From: an uncultured Gemmataceae bacterium | Lineage (GTDB): Bacteria > Planctomycetota > Planctomycetia > Gemmatales > Gemmataceae | Direction: 5' to 3' | Assembly: GCA_963750165.1 (NCBI GenBank) | Contig: CAVVPN010000003.1 | Span: forward strand, 1,184,001-1,248,000 | Length of the DNA stretch: 64,000 nt | Shown: piece after piece, positions 40,642 through 50,421 of the stretch | Position numbering within the stretch: position 1 is the stretch's first letter | Layout: every line of letters begins with the position of its first letter | The notes under the pieces: generated by a model | Told to the model about the DNA's origin: nothing | Database searches by the model: none | What the model saw: the letters and a program-made list of their open reading frames with translations, nothing else | Translations under genes and position numbers: made by a program

Positions 40642-42023
40642 ATGAGGTGCTGTTTATTCGTTTGTCTCCTTGGGTTGCCGTGCTTGCTGGGCACCCTCGC
40701 GCCAGCCGTTGCGCAGCAGGGCGAACGGCCGCCGGACCTGCGCACGCGCAAGGCCGGTAGTGACTGGCCGAAGTTTCTGGGGCCGACCGGCGACGGTATT
40801 TCGCCAGAGAAGGGCCTGACCGTGCCATGGCCGAAAGAGGGGCCGCGCGTCGTGTGGCACCGGGAACTGGGCGCCGGCTACGGGGCGCCCGCCGTCAGCC
40901 GCGGCCGGCTGTTCGTGAGTGACCGCCACGAGGACCGCGTGCGACTGCAGTGCCTCAAGAGCGAGACCGGCGAGTTGCTGTGGAAGTTCGAGTATCCGAC
41001 CGACTACAAGGACAAATTCGGCTACAACAATGGGCCGCGCAGTTGCCCTGTGGTGGACGAGGACCGCGTGTACGTCTACGGCGCCGAGGGGATGTTGCAC
41101 TGCGTCCGGGCGGTGGATGGCAAGTTGGTCTGGAAGCGCGACACGCAGAAGGAGTTCGGCGTGGTGCAAAACTTCTTCGGTGTGGCCAGCGCGCCGGTGG
41201 TCGAGGGCGATCTGCTGATCGTGATGGTTGGCGGCAGTCCGAAGGACAGCGACGCGCAGGACTTCGAGAACCTGAAGGGCAACGGCAGCGGTGTGGTGGC
41301 GTTCGACAAGTACACCGGCAAGGTGCGCTACAAGATCACGGACGAACTGGCCAGTTACACGAGCCCCGTGCTGGCGACGATTCACGGCCGGCGCTGGTGC
41401 TTCGTGCTGGCGCGCGGCGGCCTGATCGGCTTCGAGCCGAAGAGCGGCAAGGTGGACTTCCACTTCCCGTGGCGCGCACCGACCTGGAGAGCGTCAACGC
41501 CAGCAACCCGGTGGTGGTTGAGGATCTGGTGTTCATTTCGGAGTGCTACGGGCCGGGCTCGGCGCTGCTGAAGGTGCGGCCGGGCGGCCATGACGTGGTC
41601 TGGAGCGACGCCAAAAAGGCGGTGCGCGACAAGAGCATGCAGACGCACTGGATGACGCCGATTTATGAGGGCGGTTACCTTTACGGCAGCAGTGGTCGGC
41701 ACCAGAGCGCGGACCTGCGCTGCATCGAACTGAAGACGGGCAAGGTGATGTGGAGGCAACCGCGGCTGACGCGCACGTCGCTGCTGCTGGTGGACCGGCA
41801 CTTCATTTGTTTGACGGAGGTGGGGCCGCTGCTGCTGTTCAAGGTGAACCCGCAGAAGTTTGAGCCGTTGTCGCTGGTGGAGATCAAGGAGAAGAAGGAG
41901 GAATTGCTGGAGGAGCCGTGCTGGGCGGCGCCGGTGCTGGCGCACGGCCTGATGTACGTGCGCGGCGCCCGGGGCCGCGACGAGGGGCGGTTGGTGTGCC
42001 TGGAGGTGATCCCGGCGAAGTGA
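40642..42023 (+). CDS. PQQ-binding-like beta-propeller (BamB-like) secreted protein (frameshift near 41479)
   Basis: DWPKFLGP, GELLWKF, GKLVWK; continues LESVNASNPVV...CWAAPVLAHGLMYVR in the next frame. Confidence 0.9.
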
Positions 42024-42043
42024 TCTTTTTACCGCGAACCCGG

Positions 42044-42096
42044 TTGGCCCCGTTTACGTTTCGCGCCGGCAGTGCGCGAGACGTAAACGGGGCCAA
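42044..42096. repeat. REP-like palindrome, family D
   Basis: TTGGCCCCGTTTACGT...ACGTAAACGGGGCCAA. Confidence 0.85.
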
Positions 42097-42106
42097 GTTT
42101 TGCTCG

Positions 42107-42442
42107 TCAGATGAACTCGATCCGGTTCGTCAGCTCATCCGGCTCGTAGACTTCCCAAATCAGTTCCAGGGCCCGGATGATGTCCCCGATGGTGCGGGTG
42201 TTTTGGCGACAGTACCCGAGGCCGGCGTGGGCAACGCCCGCGGCAGCGAGTGCCAGAAAGTCGTCGTCTTCCGTGAAGATCACCCGACACTGAGCCAGGC
42301 CGAAAGCGATGTGGTCAGCATCTTCGGCCCCGAGAAGACCCACGTCCGTCGTGGTGGTCACGTCGATACCAAGGCGGCGAAGCCCGTCAGCCACCGCGTG
42401 TGGCACGTGCTCATCCAGGTGAAAGCGGATCGTCCGCGGCAT
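42107..42442 (-). CDS. DUF5615 (PIN-like) putative toxin
   Basis: FHLDEHVP, GIDVTT, IFTEDDDF, HAGL. Confidence 0.85.
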   Translation of the reverse strand: MPRTIRFHLDEHVPHAVADGLRRLGIDVTTTTDVGLLGAEDADHIAFGLAQCRVIFTEDDDFLALAAAGVAHAGLGYCRQNTRTIGDIIRALELIWEVYEPDELTNRIEFI

Positions 42443-42746
42443 CGTGCTCGGCCAGCCTTTCCTGGAGTTTGGACGGCCCCGCCCTGGCCTTCAACTCGGC
42501 GACCAACCGCTCTTCGTTTTCGATGTCCCGCTGAATTTCGTCACGATGCTCCTGGTAATACTCCAGCGCGGCGTGGACCTGGGCGAGCGTCAGGTGCGGA
42601 TACTCCGCCACCACCTGGGCAGGAGTCATCCCCATGCGCTCGACCCAGGTGTAGACGTGCTTGACCTTGATCCGCGTGCCGGCGATGCGCGGCTGCCCAC
42701 CACAGGTGCCGGGTGTCTTCACAATCATGGCGGTTGATGGTTCCAT
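42411..42746 (-). CDS. DUF433 putative antitoxin
   Basis: PGTCGGQPRIAGTRIKV...YPHLTLAQVHAALEYY. Confidence 0.9.
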   Translation of the reverse strand: MEPSTAMIVKTPGTCGGQPRIAGTRIKVKHVYTWVERMGMTPAQVVAEYPHLTLAQVHAALEYYQEHRDEIQRDIENEERLVAELKARAGPSKLQERLAEHDAADDPLSPG

Positions 42747-42828
42747 ACGCGCATTCTACCCGCCCGCCATTGGTTTCGCCATCAGACGTTAGCGCTCCCC
42801 TCCGCTGCTCAGCCGCCGCACGACGGCC

Positions 42829-43773
42829 TCACCGGCCGGTCGATTCCGTTTCCGCAGTCGGCGCCCAGAGACGGCGTACTTCCTCCGGGCTGTCCGCGGT
42901 TTCGAGAGCCTGGAGAATGGCCTCCAGTTTTTCTTCTTCGTGAATTTCATGAATCTCGGGCATCAACTTGAGCCCCGCTTCACCGAACCGCACCTTCAGG
43001 AGCGATTCAATGCCCCGTCGCAATCCCTTGCGGAGAGCGAGGCGCTCAATACTCGTGACGAACGGCATACGTTTCTCCTCTTGAAGCTTATCCAGTTCTT
43101 GCTGAAAAATTCCAGCTAGCGCCGGCGGCAATTCCATCAGCCAGTCGATCAAGCGGAACAATTCGCGCACATCCTGAGCGCTGAAGCCGCGCTCGTACAG
43201 GCCGCGCACCAACCGGAGCTTCCAGCCATGCCGGCCGACGGGATCGCCGCGCGTTTCGCGCGCCTTCAGGTGGGCCAGCACCACCGTGGCGAACGGGTTG
43301 GTGCTCGCCTCCAGCACGGCCTCGTGCGCCGCGAAGTCCAGCAGCTTGACGTGCTGGAAGCGAAGGCTGGCCTCGCAGTCGAACAGACTGCGGCGGTACT
43401 CGTCGGGTCGCCAATTGGGGTCGTCGTCGGCCAGCACCGCCAGGCTGGCCACCGGCCTATTGTAGCGGTCGAAGACGCGGTAGTTGTAGACGTACATGCG
43501 CAGCGGGAAGTCCGCGTCGCGCTCCGTCTGCACCTCGACATGGACCAGTACCCAGCACTCGACGCCGGCCTTCGTCCACACCTTGACCAGCTTATCGACG
43601 TAGCGCCGCCCCACCTCAGCCTCACGCACCACTTGCTGGAACTCCTTGTCCAGCGATTCATAACCGCGCGTCCAGTCGATCTGGGCATGCACTTTGGGGA
43701 ACAGTAGCGCCAGGAACGCCTCGAAGTAGCGGTCCAGCGCTTCCTTCCACGGGCTGTCATAGTCGGCGGACAC
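42829..43773 (-). CDS. Rpn-family PD-(D/E)xK nuclease
   Basis: YDSPWKE, VDKLVKV, LVHVEVQ, RMYVYNYR, MPFVTSIER, LKVRFG. Confidence 0.85.
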   Translation of the reverse strand: MSADYDSPWKEALDRYFEAFLALLFPKVHAQIDWTRGYESLDKEFQQVVREAEVGRRYVDKLVKVWTKAGVECWVLVHVEVQTERDADFPLRMYVYNYRVFDRYNRPVASLAVLADDDPNWRPDEYRRSLFDCEASLRFQHVKLLDFAAHEAVLEASTNPFATVVLAHLKARETRGDPVGRHGWKLRLVRGLYERGFSAQDVRELFRLIDWLMELPPALAGIFQQELDKLQEEKRMPFVTSIERLALRKGLRRGIESLLKVRFGEAGLKLMPEIHEIHEEEKLEAILQALETADSPEEVRRLWAPTAETESTGR

Positions 43774-44578
43774 GTTCGCTCTCCTTCGCGCTGGGGCCGG
43801 GAACCTCGGCCGTGCTCAACCGCCGCACGACGTTGACGTAGGGCTCCAGAAAACTCACCACCAGAATCTCCTTCTCCGACATCTTCTCGCGCAGCACGCG
43901 CTCCGAGAAGGTGCGCACCAGGTAACCGAAGATGAACAACGCACAGTCGTCCATCCAGCGCGTCACCCGTTTGGCCACGGCGTTGAAATGCTGGCGAGCG
44001 TACTCCACGTGGTCGGCCGGCCAGTGACTGTACTCGGCCAGGAACGCCTCGCGCTCGCCCATCGACCAGGCGCTGCGCTCGTCGGCGATGATGCCGCGGT
44101 TCACCAGCCAGCGGCACAAACACTGAAACATGTCGTGCAGCGCCGGCGGCGTCTGGGCTTGCACATCCGCGGCGCGGTCGAAGTGGAACACCAACCGCAC
44201 CACCTGCGTGCTCTCCTCCATGACCTCGCCGCTGTCCGGGTTGAAGTAGACGCCGTCCACCGCGTAGAGCGAGTAGCCGCGGAAGACGCTCTCATACATG
44301 CCGATGCGCTTGACCGCGTGCCGTTTGCTGAGCGGCTGCGGTGGCACGCCGCTGTCGCGGTCGTACTGGTCCGGGTCGAGCAGATGCGGCCATTGCTTCA
44401 ACTCGATCAGCAGGTCGGCGGCGCGGGCCTTCAGGTACGCCTGCACCTGGTCGGCGTGGAAACCGGCGCGCAGCGCGTCGAAGATGGCGCCCTGATAGGC
44501 GGCCTTCTTGGGGAAGTAGATTTCGGAGTAGAAGCCGGGGTCGCTGCGGTGGAAGACGTAACGGGTCGAAGGGGGCAT
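43757..44578 (-). CDS. Hypothetical protein
   Basis: GAGGA RBS, GC3-rich codon usage; overlaps the Rpn start. Confidence 0.75.
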   Translation of the reverse strand: MPPSTRYVFHRSDPGFYSEIYFPKKAAYQGAIFDALRAGFHADQVQAYLKARAADLLIELKQWPHLLDPDQYDRDSGVPPQPLSKRHAVKRIGMYESVFRGYSLYAVDGVYFNPDSGEVMEESTQVVRLVFHFDRAADVQAQTPPALHDMFQCLCRWLVNRGIIADERSAWSMGEREAFLAEYSHWPADHVEYARQHFNAVAKRVTRWMDDCALFIFGYLVRTFSERVLREKMSEKEILVVSFLEPYVNVVRRLSTAEVPGPSAKESERVRRL

Positions 44579-44833
44579 GGGTTCCTCTTGCACTGCCGCG
44601 ACGGTTATTGACCTGCTCCGATCAATGTATCAATTACCCTCGAATAGATGACTCCTTTCCTCAACGAGGAGGACCACGGCTGAACCCCCGGGCGCGGCCA
44701 ACGCTTGTGCGCGGCGCCGCCGCCGGGTACAACACAGGCACCATTCGGCGTCCACGGGACCGTGGACCGCCATTCCCCAGGGGCACGCGCCGGCACGGAG
44801 CGCCGACCGCGCCACCCCAGCACGGAGTGTCCC

Positions 44834-46570
44834 ATGTTCAGAAGTTTGGCCGTCGTCGCGCTGTGTGTGCTCCCGGCCACCGCCGCCCAGGACAAGGCGA
44901 TGGTGCCCAAGGGCGTCTGGGCGGTGCCCTGCGTCATCATCGCGGTACACCCGGCCGCCCTTGAGGTGGCTCTCGATCCCCAGAAGTTCCCCAGCCCTGT
45001 CGAGCGACCCTTCAAGCTCAAGGTCACCAGGGAAACTCAGCTGGAGCAACTCGACGTGCCGGGGCCGGACGGCAAACAGGTCCTGACCACCCGGCCCATC
45101 AAACTGACCGACCTGCAGCCGGAGCAACCGCTCAGCGTCATCTTTTTTTCCGACGGCAAAGACCTGACGCTGTTGCGCGGCGTGGCGTCGGGCCCCAGCC
45201 TCAGCGGCAAGGACCTGCCGATCTTCGTCGATAAGCTGGGCGGCAAGGTCAAACGCCACAACTGGAAGGATAAGGTCTCCTACACCGTGGACCTGAAGGG
45301 AACCAAGGTCACCGACGCGGACCTGCGCCTGCTCGCCCCGATGCGGGGTCTGGCCACGCTCGATCTGGCGTTCACGGCCGTGACCGACAAGGGCATCGCT
45401 CATCTGGCCGGCGCGGAGGACCTCAGCAGCCTGGACCTCACCGGCACCAGGGTGACCGACGCGGCCGTCCCGCACCTGCGGCAGATCCCCAACTTGCACA
45501 CGGTCCAGTGTCCGCTCACGGCCATCACGGACAAGGGCGTGAGCCAGCTGGTCCAGGACATGAGTTTAACCGTGTGTCGGGCCAGCCGTGGGGACAAGGC
45601 GCACTACCGCGTCCACCAGAATTACGAGAAAGGCGAGTTGAAATTCAACTACCTGATGATCGGCGACACCTACTTCGGCAGCTACCTGGTGGGCAAGATG
45701 GAATTGCCGCCGGACTTCCGGCCCCAGAACCTGCGCCGCGAGGCGACGACCTACTACCACCGTCACGGCCCCGTCGGCCAGGTGCTGGCCAAGCTGGAAT
45801 GGTTCAAGCCCGCCGGCGTCGTGGACTATCCCTCCGATGTCCGCCTGCCCGCGTCGCTGGTGGCACTGTCGGCGCCGTTCTATGTTCGGCAGATGCAGCT
45901 GCTGCCGACGCTGGGCACCGAGCCGGCCATCGGCGTGGTGCGGCTCAACGTCGGCACCGCCGCTGCCTACGGCCGGCCTGGGCAGCACATCCACTTCTAC
46001 AACAGCACGCCCGAGATCAAGGCGCTGACGCTGCCGCCCAAAGGCCAGGTATACTTCGGCTATATTCAGGACGCCCGGAAGCGCGGCGTTCAGGTGAAGG
46101 TGATTGACGGCCCGGAGCGCGCGACGCTCAGCAAGAAAGCCCCGAAAAAGTATTACAGCGCCCTGTTCATCGACCTGGCGCGAACCGACCTGCGCGACAT
46201 CATGACGGAGTTCATGACGCAGGAGGCGCTGGCGGATCTCATGGGCACCTTGACGGAGACAGGCGTCGTGGGCTTCCACACGTCGCACCGCTACCAGGAT
46301 CTCCGGCTGCCGATCATCGATGCGGCCAAGGCCCTGAACCTGGCCTGGAAGGTGGGCAAGGACACGGGGGACCGCGTACAGAACCCGAACCACTTCGGCT
46401 CCGAGTGGGTGATGGTGGTGCGCAAGGCGGAGTACCTGCAACACCTGACAAACGTCCAGGAAAAGGAGCGGAGCCTGACCTGGACGGTCCCCGCCGCCAC
46501 GGGCAAGCATCTCTGGCGCGACGGCCAACCCCAGGACCTCAAATCGTTGACCCGGCCGCCGGCGAAGTGA
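44834..46570 (+). CDS. Secreted leucine-rich-repeat protein with a degenerate spermidine-synthase/methyltransferase-like C-terminal domain
   Basis: LRRs LDLAFTAVTDKGI and LDLTGTRVTD; TTYYHRHGPVGQV, FHTSHRYQDL, SEWVMV. Confidence 0.7.
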   Translation: MFRSLAVVALCVLPATAAQDKAMVPKGVWAVPCVIIAVHPAALEVALDPQKFPSPVERPFKLKVTRETQLEQLDVPGPDGKQVLTTRPIKLTDLQPEQPLSVIFFSDGKDLTLLRGVASGPSLSGKDLPIFVDKLGGKVKRHNWKDKVSYTVDLKGTKVTDADLRLLAPMRGLATLDLAFTAVTDKGIAHLAGAEDLSSLDLTGTRVTDAAVPHLRQIPNLHTVQCPLTAITDKGVSQLVQDMSLTVCRASRGDKAHYRVHQNYEKGELKFNYLMIGDTYFGSYLVGKMELPPDFRPQNLRREATTYYHRHGPVGQVLAKLEWFKPAGVVDYPSDVRLPASLVALSAPFYVRQMQLLPTLGTEPAIGVVRLNVGTAAAYGRPGQHIHFYNSTPEIKALTLPPKGQVYFGYIQDARKRGVQVKVIDGPERATLSKKAPKKYYSALFIDLARTDLRDIMTEFMTQEALADLMGTLTETGVVGFHTSHRYQDLRLPIIDAAKALNLAWKVGKDTGDRVQNPNHFGSEWVMVVRKAEYLQHLTNVQEKERSLTWTVPAATGKHLWRDGQPQDLKSLTRPPAK

Positions 46571-46580
46571 CAGGATCTCT

Positions 46581-46630
46581 TGCCGCGGCTTGCCGCCTGG
46601 CGGGGGAGCGCCAGGCGGCAAGCCGAAGCA
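46581..46630. repeat. Palindrome between convergent genes
   Basis: CGGCTTGCCGCCTGGCG...CGCCAGGCGGCAAGCCG. Confidence 0.7.
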
Positions 46631-46635
46631 AAGCC

Positions 46636-48141
46636 TCAATATCCCTCCCAGCCCAGCGCCTCGAAGAAGGCATACAGCCACGGATGCCGCCACGGATTCA
46701 TCACCGCGTAACTCACCGACATCACCGACACCGCCAGCAACAGATACGCCACACCGCGGCCCCAGCGACTTTGGCCCAGGCGGTCCGCCACCGGCAGCAT
46801 CGTCAGCAGCCACAATGGCGACAGCCACATCAGCCAGCGCAGCCCCGTCGTCCAGCCGCCGTAGTTGACCGTGCGGTTCGTCAGGTAAAAGCCCAGCACC
46901 ACCACGCTCACCAGCAGCGTCCCCAGTGCCAGCAGCCGCCGGTTGCCGCGGCGCTCGTCGTCGGCGCCGAGGCGGCGCAGCAGCACCAGCACCATGCCGG
47001 CGAACGCCAGAATCCAGATCGGCGACAGCGAAAAGATGCCGTGATGGCCGATCAAACAGTTCAGGATGTACTCCGCCCGACTCTCGCGCTGACCGGCCCA
47101 GTCGATGCCGCGCTTGACCTGGCCGGCGGCGGGCGGCAGCCAGTGACTGCCGGCGTACTCGTACCAGGGGCCGCCGAACTCGCTGTACGCCGGCCGCCAC
47201 ATGCCGACCGCGAGGTAGTTCGTCAGGAAGAACGCAACGGCCGGGATCAGCGCCGCCGGCACGAACCACATCAGCGTCAGCCGCGGCAGCCGCCACAGCA
47301 ATACCAGCCCCAGGAACGCTGCGAACGCCGCCGCCGGCAGTTCGTTGGTGATCGTGAACGCCGTGAAGAAGCCGGACACCGCGAGGCAGATGGCGTCACG
47401 TCTTTCTTGCTCCCCTCCCCCCCCAGGGGGAGAGAGGGGAGCAGAACGGCGCTCCCACACGACCAGCGCGGGGTACAGCGCGAACAGCACACAGCACGTC
47501 GCGACACTGTGGTTGTTGAGCGTCACCGCGAACGGCGTCAGCAACGTCGCGAACGCCGCCGCGGTCAGGACGTACAGCCGCCCCCAGTCCGTCGTGCCGT
47601 AGCGGTCCAGCAGCCGGCTCAACAGGTACAGATAAATCACGAACGGCACCAGGTTCACCAGCACCAGGATGATGCGCACCACCGCGAACGGCTGCGTCAA
47701 CAGCGACAGGCCGCACTGCAACAGCAGCCAGTACACGCCCGCCACCAGCGTGGACAGCAGCGGCGGCTTGCTCGAATAGAACTCCAGCGTGTCCGGCCGC
47801 AGCACCTTGTCCACCGTTCCCCAGCCGTCCTGCGTCACCAGGCCGGTGTCGTAGTAACCGCCGTCCGGCAACAGCACACGCTGGCCGATGACGTAGGTGC
47901 CCTTCGTCGCCAGTTCCTGGATGGTACACCAGCGCGAGCGGTCGTTGGAGCTGAAGGTCGGCATCGGCGGCGGCACGCGCGGCGGCCACTTGCGCTTGTG
48001 GCCCGGCTCGTCCGCGTTCTGGTACAGCGACGGCTCGTAGAGCAGCTCCGCGGCGCAGATGCGACCGAACATCATGGCCGCGGCCACGGTGATGAGCAGC
48101 GTGTACAGCGAGCGAGGCGACAGGGTGAGCGTGGCGGTCAT
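46636..48141 (-). CDS. Multi-pass membrane protein, putative GT-C-type glycosyltransferase
   Basis: NDRSRW, FYSSKPPL, about 11 TMs, NYGG..GLRW; same operon as GT2 and flippase-like genes. Confidence 0.7.
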   Translation of the reverse strand: MTATLTLSPRSLYTLLITVAAAMMFGRICAAELLYEPSLYQNADEPGHKRKWPPRVPPPMPTFSSNDRSRWCTIQELATKGTYVIGQRVLLPDGGYYDTGLVTQDGWGTVDKVLRPDTLEFYSSKPPLLSTLVAGVYWLLLQCGLSLLTQPFAVVRIILVLVNLVPFVIYLYLLSRLLDRYGTTDWGRLYVLTAAAFATLLTPFAVTLNNHSVATCCVLFALYPALVVWERRSAPLSPPGGGGEQERRDAICLAVSGFFTAFTITNELPAAAFAAFLGLVLLWRLPRLTLMWFVPAALIPAVAFFLTNYLAVGMWRPAYSEFGGPWYEYAGSHWLPPAAGQVKRGIDWAGQRESRAEYILNCLIGHHGIFSLSPIWILAFAGMVLVLLRRLGADDERRGNRRLLALGTLLVSVVVLGFYLTNRTVNYGGWTTGLRWLMWLSPLWLLTMLPVADRLGQSRWGRGVAYLLLAVSVMSVSYAVMNPWRHPWLYAFFEALGWEGY

Positions 48142-49172
48142 GACGGCGTTTCTTGGGGTGTGGGGCGCACCTCGGCGGGGGGGCCGTTGAGGTCCGCGGG
48201 CGGGGCGGTGCGCTCGGCGATGCTGAAGTGATCCTCCTCGCGCACCATCAAGGAGGCCATCATCTCCGCCAGCAGGCCGATGGACATCAGCTGCGCCCCC
48301 AGCAGCAGCGCCGCGACGGCGTAGACCAGCAGCGGCCGCTCGTGAACCGGCAGGAACAGCGTCGGGTCGAACAGCCGCACCACCCAGGTGCCGGCCAGGT
48401 ACAGCATGCCGAGCGCCCCCACGGCGAAGCACACCAGACCGACGCCGCCGAGCATGTGCTGCGGCCGCTGACCGAAGCCCGTCAGGAACTTGACCGTCAG
48501 CAGGTCGAGGAAGCCCTTGAAAAAGCGCCGGACGCCGTACTTGCTGTGGCCGTGCAGCCGCGGCCGATGGTTGATCTCGATCTCGCCGACACGGAAGCCG
48601 CGCGCCGCCGCCAGCACCGGAATGAAGCGGTGCATCTCGCCGTAGAGCCGCACCTCGCGGAAGACCTCGGCGCGGTACGCCTTCATGCCGCAGTTGTGGT
48701 CGTGCAATTTGACGCCCGTCAGCCAGCTAACCATCGCGTTGAACACACGGCTCGGGTAGACCTTGTGCCAGGGGTCCAGCCGCCGCCGCTTCCAGCCGCT
48801 CACCACGTCCAGCGGCCCGTGATTGCCCCCGTGAACTTCGCCGTCGTACAGGCCGCGCAGGAAGCGCGGTATCTCGGCGGGGTCGTCCTGCAGGTCGGCG
48901 TCCAGTGTCAGCAGGGTGTCACCGCGGGCGGCGCGGATGCCGGCAGTCAGCGCCGCCGCCTTGCCGAAGTTGCGGCGAAAGCGGATGCCGTGGACGTTCG
49001 CGTGCTGCCGGGCCAGCTCGCTGATGACCTGCCATGAACCGTCACGGCTGCCGTCATCGACGAGGATCACCTCCACGTCAAGGCGGTTGCCGCGGGCGCT
49101 GCGCACGATCTCCTCATGCAGCGCCGGCAGGCTGTCGCGCTCGTTGTACACAGGGATCACCAGCGAAATCAC
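48138..49172 (-). CDS. GT2 polyprenol-phosphate glycosyltransferase (ArnC/GtrB-like)
   Basis: VIPVYNE, VDDGSRD, RNFGKAAAL, DADLQDDP, two C-terminal TMs. Confidence 0.93.
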   Translation of the reverse strand: MISLVIPVYNERDSLPALHEEIVRSARGNRLDVEVILVDDGSRDGSWQVISELARQHANVHGIRFRRNFGKAAALTAGIRAARGDTLLTLDADLQDDPAEIPRFLRGLYDGEVHGGNHGPLDVVSGWKRRRLDPWHKVYPSRVFNAMVSWLTGVKLHDHNCGMKAYRAEVFREVRLYGEMHRFIPVLAAARGFRVGEIEINHRPRLHGHSKYGVRRFFKGFLDLLTVKFLTGFGQRPQHMLGGVGLVCFAVGALGMLYLAGTWVVRLFDPTLFLPVHERPLLVYAVAALLLGAQLMSIGLLAEMMASLMVREEDHFSIAERTAPPADLNGPPAEVRPTPQETPS

Positions 49173-50167
49173 GGCCGCCCCTTCCACCAGAACAGCACCG
49201 CCGCCAGCACCAGTTCTGCCGCCGTCCACGTCAACCGCAGCAGCAGCGCCACCAACGTCGCCAGGCCGCGGCCCAGGGGCTCCTCGACCGCCAGCGTCGG
49301 CGCCAGGAACAGTTCCAGCACCAGCTCGCGGACGCCGATGCCGCTCGGCACCACCAGCGCCAGAAAGCCGGCGACGTAACCCAGGCTGATCGACGCGGTG
49401 TAGCGCGCCCACACACCCGGCGTCAGCGGCGGCGGCTCCGGCACCACCGCCCACGCCAGCGCCCAGACGCTCACGCCCAGCAAACACCACCCCAGTCCCG
49501 TCACCAGCAAACCCAGCGCCACCGTCCGCGCCCGCAACTGCGGCAGCTGGAACGACTCCACCGTCTGGAAGCGCCGGCCCAGCCGGGCCAGCAGCCGGTT
49601 GAACACCGCCGGCAGCAGCGGCACGCCCAGCAGCGCCAGCAACGCCGCACCGAGCAGCACCGGGTGGACCTCCAGCCCGTCGCCGAGCGGGATGGAGCGC
49701 AGCCGGTCATCGGTCGCGGTCAGCGCCGGCAGCGCGAACAGCACCACCGCCAGCAGCGCCCCGGACGCCATCGTCGTCAGCACCTCAATGGTGGCGCTGA
49801 TGAGGGCGACGCCGACACGCACCTCCGCCCCGGGGACGCGGACCAGCTGGCCGCGCAGCAGGATCGCCAGCGCCTTACCAGGGACGTACTTGCCCAGATG
49901 GCTCAGGTAGTACGCCCGGAACGTCGGCAGCAGCCACGGCCCCTCGCCGAAGACGCGGAGCAGGTGGAACCAGTACCACGCCGAGCCGGCCAGGCCCGCC
50001 AGGTACAGCACCGCCGACAGCAGCAGCCAGGCGGGCTGCACCGTCAGCGTGGCCAGGTCGAGGCGGCCCAGGTTGACGGCGAATTCGCGGCCGACGAACG
50101 CCAGGATCGCCACCGCCAGCAGGGCCTTGACGAGCGGCCAGCCCCAGCGCCTTCGCCATGCGTTCAT
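49169..50167 (-). CDS. YbhN/UPF0104 flippase-like membrane protein
   Basis: SHLGKYVPGK, PSGIGVRE, LLLRL. Confidence 0.85.
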   Translation of the reverse strand: MNAWRRRWGWPLVKALLAVAILAFVGREFAVNLGRLDLATLTVQPAWLLLSAVLYLAGLAGSAWYWFHLLRVFGEGPWLLPTFRAYYLSHLGKYVPGKALAILLRGQLVRVPGAEVRVGVALISATIEVLTTMASGALLAVVLFALPALTATDDRLRSIPLGDGLEVHPVLLGAALLALLGVPLLPAVFNRLLARLGRRFQTVESFQLPQLRARTVALGLLVTGLGWCLLGVSVWALAWAVVPEPPPLTPGVWARYTASISLGYVAGFLALVVPSGIGVRELVLELFLAPTLAVEEPLGRGLATLVALLLRLTWTAAELVLAAVLFWWKGRP

Positions 50168-50251
50168 GCTGGCACATTGTACGGCCCGTGCCGGCCAGCG
50201 TCCCTGGATCGGAAAAGGAGGTACAATAGCAGAAAGGCATGCGCTGTCTGG

Positions 50252-50312
50252 GTTCGTAGTTCCGCCTTCAGGCGGTCTTCGCCAAAACCCGCCTGAAGGC
50301 GGAACTACGAAC
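50252..50312. repeat. REP doublet, family C
   Basis: GTTCGTAGTTCCGCCTTCAGGCGG...CCGCCTGAAGGCGGAACTACGAAC. Confidence 0.85.
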
Positions 50313-50421
50313 GAAGAAGAGCAGCGGCCGGAACTTTTTGGCCGGCGCCGCGGTCTATTGAAGAGAGGGCCGCCGGCAGCCCCTTCCCAGCGTTCGCGTT
50401 GACGGTGAAAGGACAGGTGCC

